NCBI GenBank assembly: GCA_964426185.1
Contig: CAYRPF010000020.1
Span: forward strand, 34,245-42,290
Reading direction: 5' to 3'
Length of the DNA stretch: 8,046 nt
DNA from: an uncultured archaeon
GTDB taxonomy: Archaea; Asgardarchaeota; Lokiarchaeia; Sigyniarchaeales; Promethearchaeaceae
Shown: positions 6,481 to 8,046 of the stretch, piece by piece
Numbering within the stretch: the first letter of the stretch is position 1
Layout of the letters: each line of letters starts with the position of its first letter
The notes under the pieces: model-generated
What the model saw: only the letters and a program-made list of their open reading frames with translations
Database searches by the model: none
What the model was told of the DNA's origin: nothing
Position numbers and translations under genes: made by a program

Positions 6481-6668
6481 AAATGAAATTCAATCATTTT
6501 GATTTTGTGATTTGAAATTCAGTGTGAATTTTTGTGGAATAAAATTTGGTTTCATTTCTCCAAGGTTAATGAAGACAACCTGATCCTTGAGACTTTAAAA
6601 TCATTTTCTTCTTTCGTTTGGTGATTTATTGTTTTGTTTTGTGAAAAAACAAAAGAAACAGTGAATTA
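6481..6668 (+). ncRNA. Candidate structured 5' leader of dnaG (three hairpins, one carrying box C/D-like motifs)
   Basis: H1 6481-6557 (AAATGAAA/TTTCATTT base, AAATTCA-GTG-TGAATTT apex, G-U-rich middle). H2 6557-6592 (CAAGG...ATGAAGA-CAAC-CTGA...CCTTG). H3 6622-6668 (20 bp, 4 G-U pairs, 1 bulge). The wobbles work only on the + strand. Confidence 0.5.
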
Positions 6669-6672
6669 GACT

Positions 6673-8019
6673 ATGACAAAAGGAATTAACGAAAATATTG
6701 ATCAAGCAAGCGCAAAATACAATATCGTCGCAAATTTCACCGTAAATGGAGTGGTGGAAGTACAAGATATTGTTGGTGCATTATTTGGTCAAACAGAAGG
6801 TCTATTAGACTCTTTAGAATTACGCGAATTACAGAAAACAGGACGAATTGGACGCATTGTGGTAAATGCGGCTTCAGAAAAAGGAATTACTACGGGAGAA
6901 ATAGTCATTCCTTCCAGTTTAGATCGGACTGAAACTGCAATTTTAGCGGCCACCTTGGAAACAGTAGATCGCGTAGGACCTTGTAGAGCATCCCTTCAAC
7001 TAAAAGAAATTAAAGATTTACGTAAATCAAAACTCGCACAAATTGAAGCGCGGGCGAAAGAACTTTTAAAGGATTGGAAAGCTGATTCAGCAGATAGAAA
7101 TTCAATTTCAGAAAAAATTACTAACGAACTAGAGAAGGAATCGGTGATTACTTGGAATGGGTTACCTGCTGGTGACCAAATTGACAATGCAGATGAGATA
7201 ATTATTGTTGAAGGTCGAAATGATATTCAACAATTGCTTAAAATTGGAGTTAGAAATACCGTAGCGGTAAATGGAACTTCAATTCCCAAAGTAATTGTAG
7301 ATTTAACTCAACAAAAAGACTGTACTGCTTTTTTAGATGGAGATAGAGGAGGAGAAATGATCTTAAATGAACTATTACAAGTATCTAAGATTAAATACTA
7401 CGCACGTGCTCCTCAAAATAAGGAAGTCGAAGAATTAACACCAAAAGAAATGGTAAGCTGCCTTCAAAATAAGCGCCCAATTTCTGATTTGTTAACAGAA
7501 CGCCGAAAACGAATTGAAAAACCAATTACTTCACAGTTTCCACGAAAATCAACGTCTCTAAGAAAGTATACAAAAACAAAAGGAAACTATACTTCTTCAC
7601 GACCAGGAAAGGATCATTCCCCTCGAATGAAACGTAGTTTTGGAGGGAATCGAACCAATCGAAATACTCAAATTGAAAGATCAAATCGTCGTTTTAAAAA
7701 GGACAAAACAGATAGACCAAAAATCTCCTTACCAAAAGATAAAATTGCACCCGTAGTCAAAGAAATAATTTCAAGTAATTTAGCAGTTGGATTAAATGAC
7801 TATTTTGAAGAGATTCATCGTAGTTCAAATGTTAAAATTTTCGATGAATTGAATCATAAAATGACTACTATTATTTTAGATGGAGTTGTAAGCCAAAGGT
7901 TTTTAGACGAAGCACTAAAACACCATGTAAAATATATTGTAGCAGTAAATATTGATCGAAATTTGAAAGTGGAAAATCCATCCGCAATTGAGTTATATTA
8001 CTTCAAAGATTTTCTCTAA
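6673..8019 (+). CDS. dnaG: Archaeal DnaG (bacterial-primase-like TOPRIM protein, known as an exosome-associated RNA-binding subunit)
   Basis: N-domain GVVEVQDIVGALFGQTEGLL...LRELQKTGRIGRI and PSSLDRTETAILAATLETVDRVGPC, TOPRIM IIIVEGRND...AFLDGDRGG, ARAP..KEVEEL, and C-domain IILDGVVSQRFLD. Confidence 0.97.
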   Translation: MTKGINENIDQASAKYNIVANFTVNGVVEVQDIVGALFGQTEGLLDSLELRELQKTGRIGRIVVNAASEKGITTGEIVIPSSLDRTETAILAATLETVDRVGPCRASLQLKEIKDLRKSKLAQIEARAKELLKDWKADSADRNSISEKITNELEKESVITWNGLPAGDQIDNADEIIIVEGRNDIQQLLKIGVRNTVAVNGTSIPKVIVDLTQQKDCTAFLDGDRGGEMILNELLQVSKIKYYARAPQNKEVEELTPKEMVSCLQNKRPISDLLTERRKRIEKPITSQFPRKSTSLRKYTKTKGNYTSSRPGKDHSPRMKRSFGGNRTNRNTQIERSNRRFKKDKTDRPKISLPKDKIAPVVKEIISSNLAVGLNDYFEEIHRSSNVKIFDELNHKMTTIILDGVVSQRFLDEALKHHVKYIVAVNIDRNLKVENPSAIELYYFKDFL

Positions 8020-8046
8020 AATTTATATCCTTCCATTTCAGCTTTT

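Noticed and set aside
5913-6672. Replication origin (AT-rich, skew switch, next to a 'primase')
   Set aside because: No ORB-like TCCA-GAAA/G-string repeats and no orc1/cdc6 nearby. Archaeal DnaG is mainly exosome-linked, and the skew is local.
6996-7187. 63-aa minus-strand ORF
   Set aside because: Antisense shadow inside dnaG.
8020-8046. dnaG terminator or the end of a convergent gene
   Set aside because: Only 27 nt are visible, with a truncated T-run, which is not enough to call.

Overview
An AT-rich archaeal window; the DnaG/ArcS/RaSEA/Get3-type content and low GC suggest an Asgard (Lokiarchaeia-like) genome, which is inference. It holds six genes. These are a truncated DUF1624/acyltransferase-like membrane protein (-, missed by the ORF track), a divergent class I SAM methyltransferase (+), a minus-strand cluster of an ArsA/Get3-family ATPase, archaeosine synthase arcS and the archaeosine radical SAM enzyme RaSEA, and a divergent archaeal DnaG (+). 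The most interesting part is the 760-bp spacer 5913-6672, which is tiled with back-to-back hairpins. Left of about 6450 the stem wobbles read as G-U only on the minus strand, and right of about 6480 only on the plus strand. A TATA-like element readable on both strands (6465-6473) sits at the switch point. This suggests two divergently transcribed structured RNAs or leaders, about 500 nt towards the Get3-arcS-RaSEA operon and about 180 nt towards dnaG. The dnaG-side RNA carries a box C/D (K-turn-like) motif and a 20-bp hairpin covering the likely ribosome-binding region. A perfect 14-bp inverted repeat also lies between the first two divergent genes. All folds were paired by hand and need computational and experimental confirmation.
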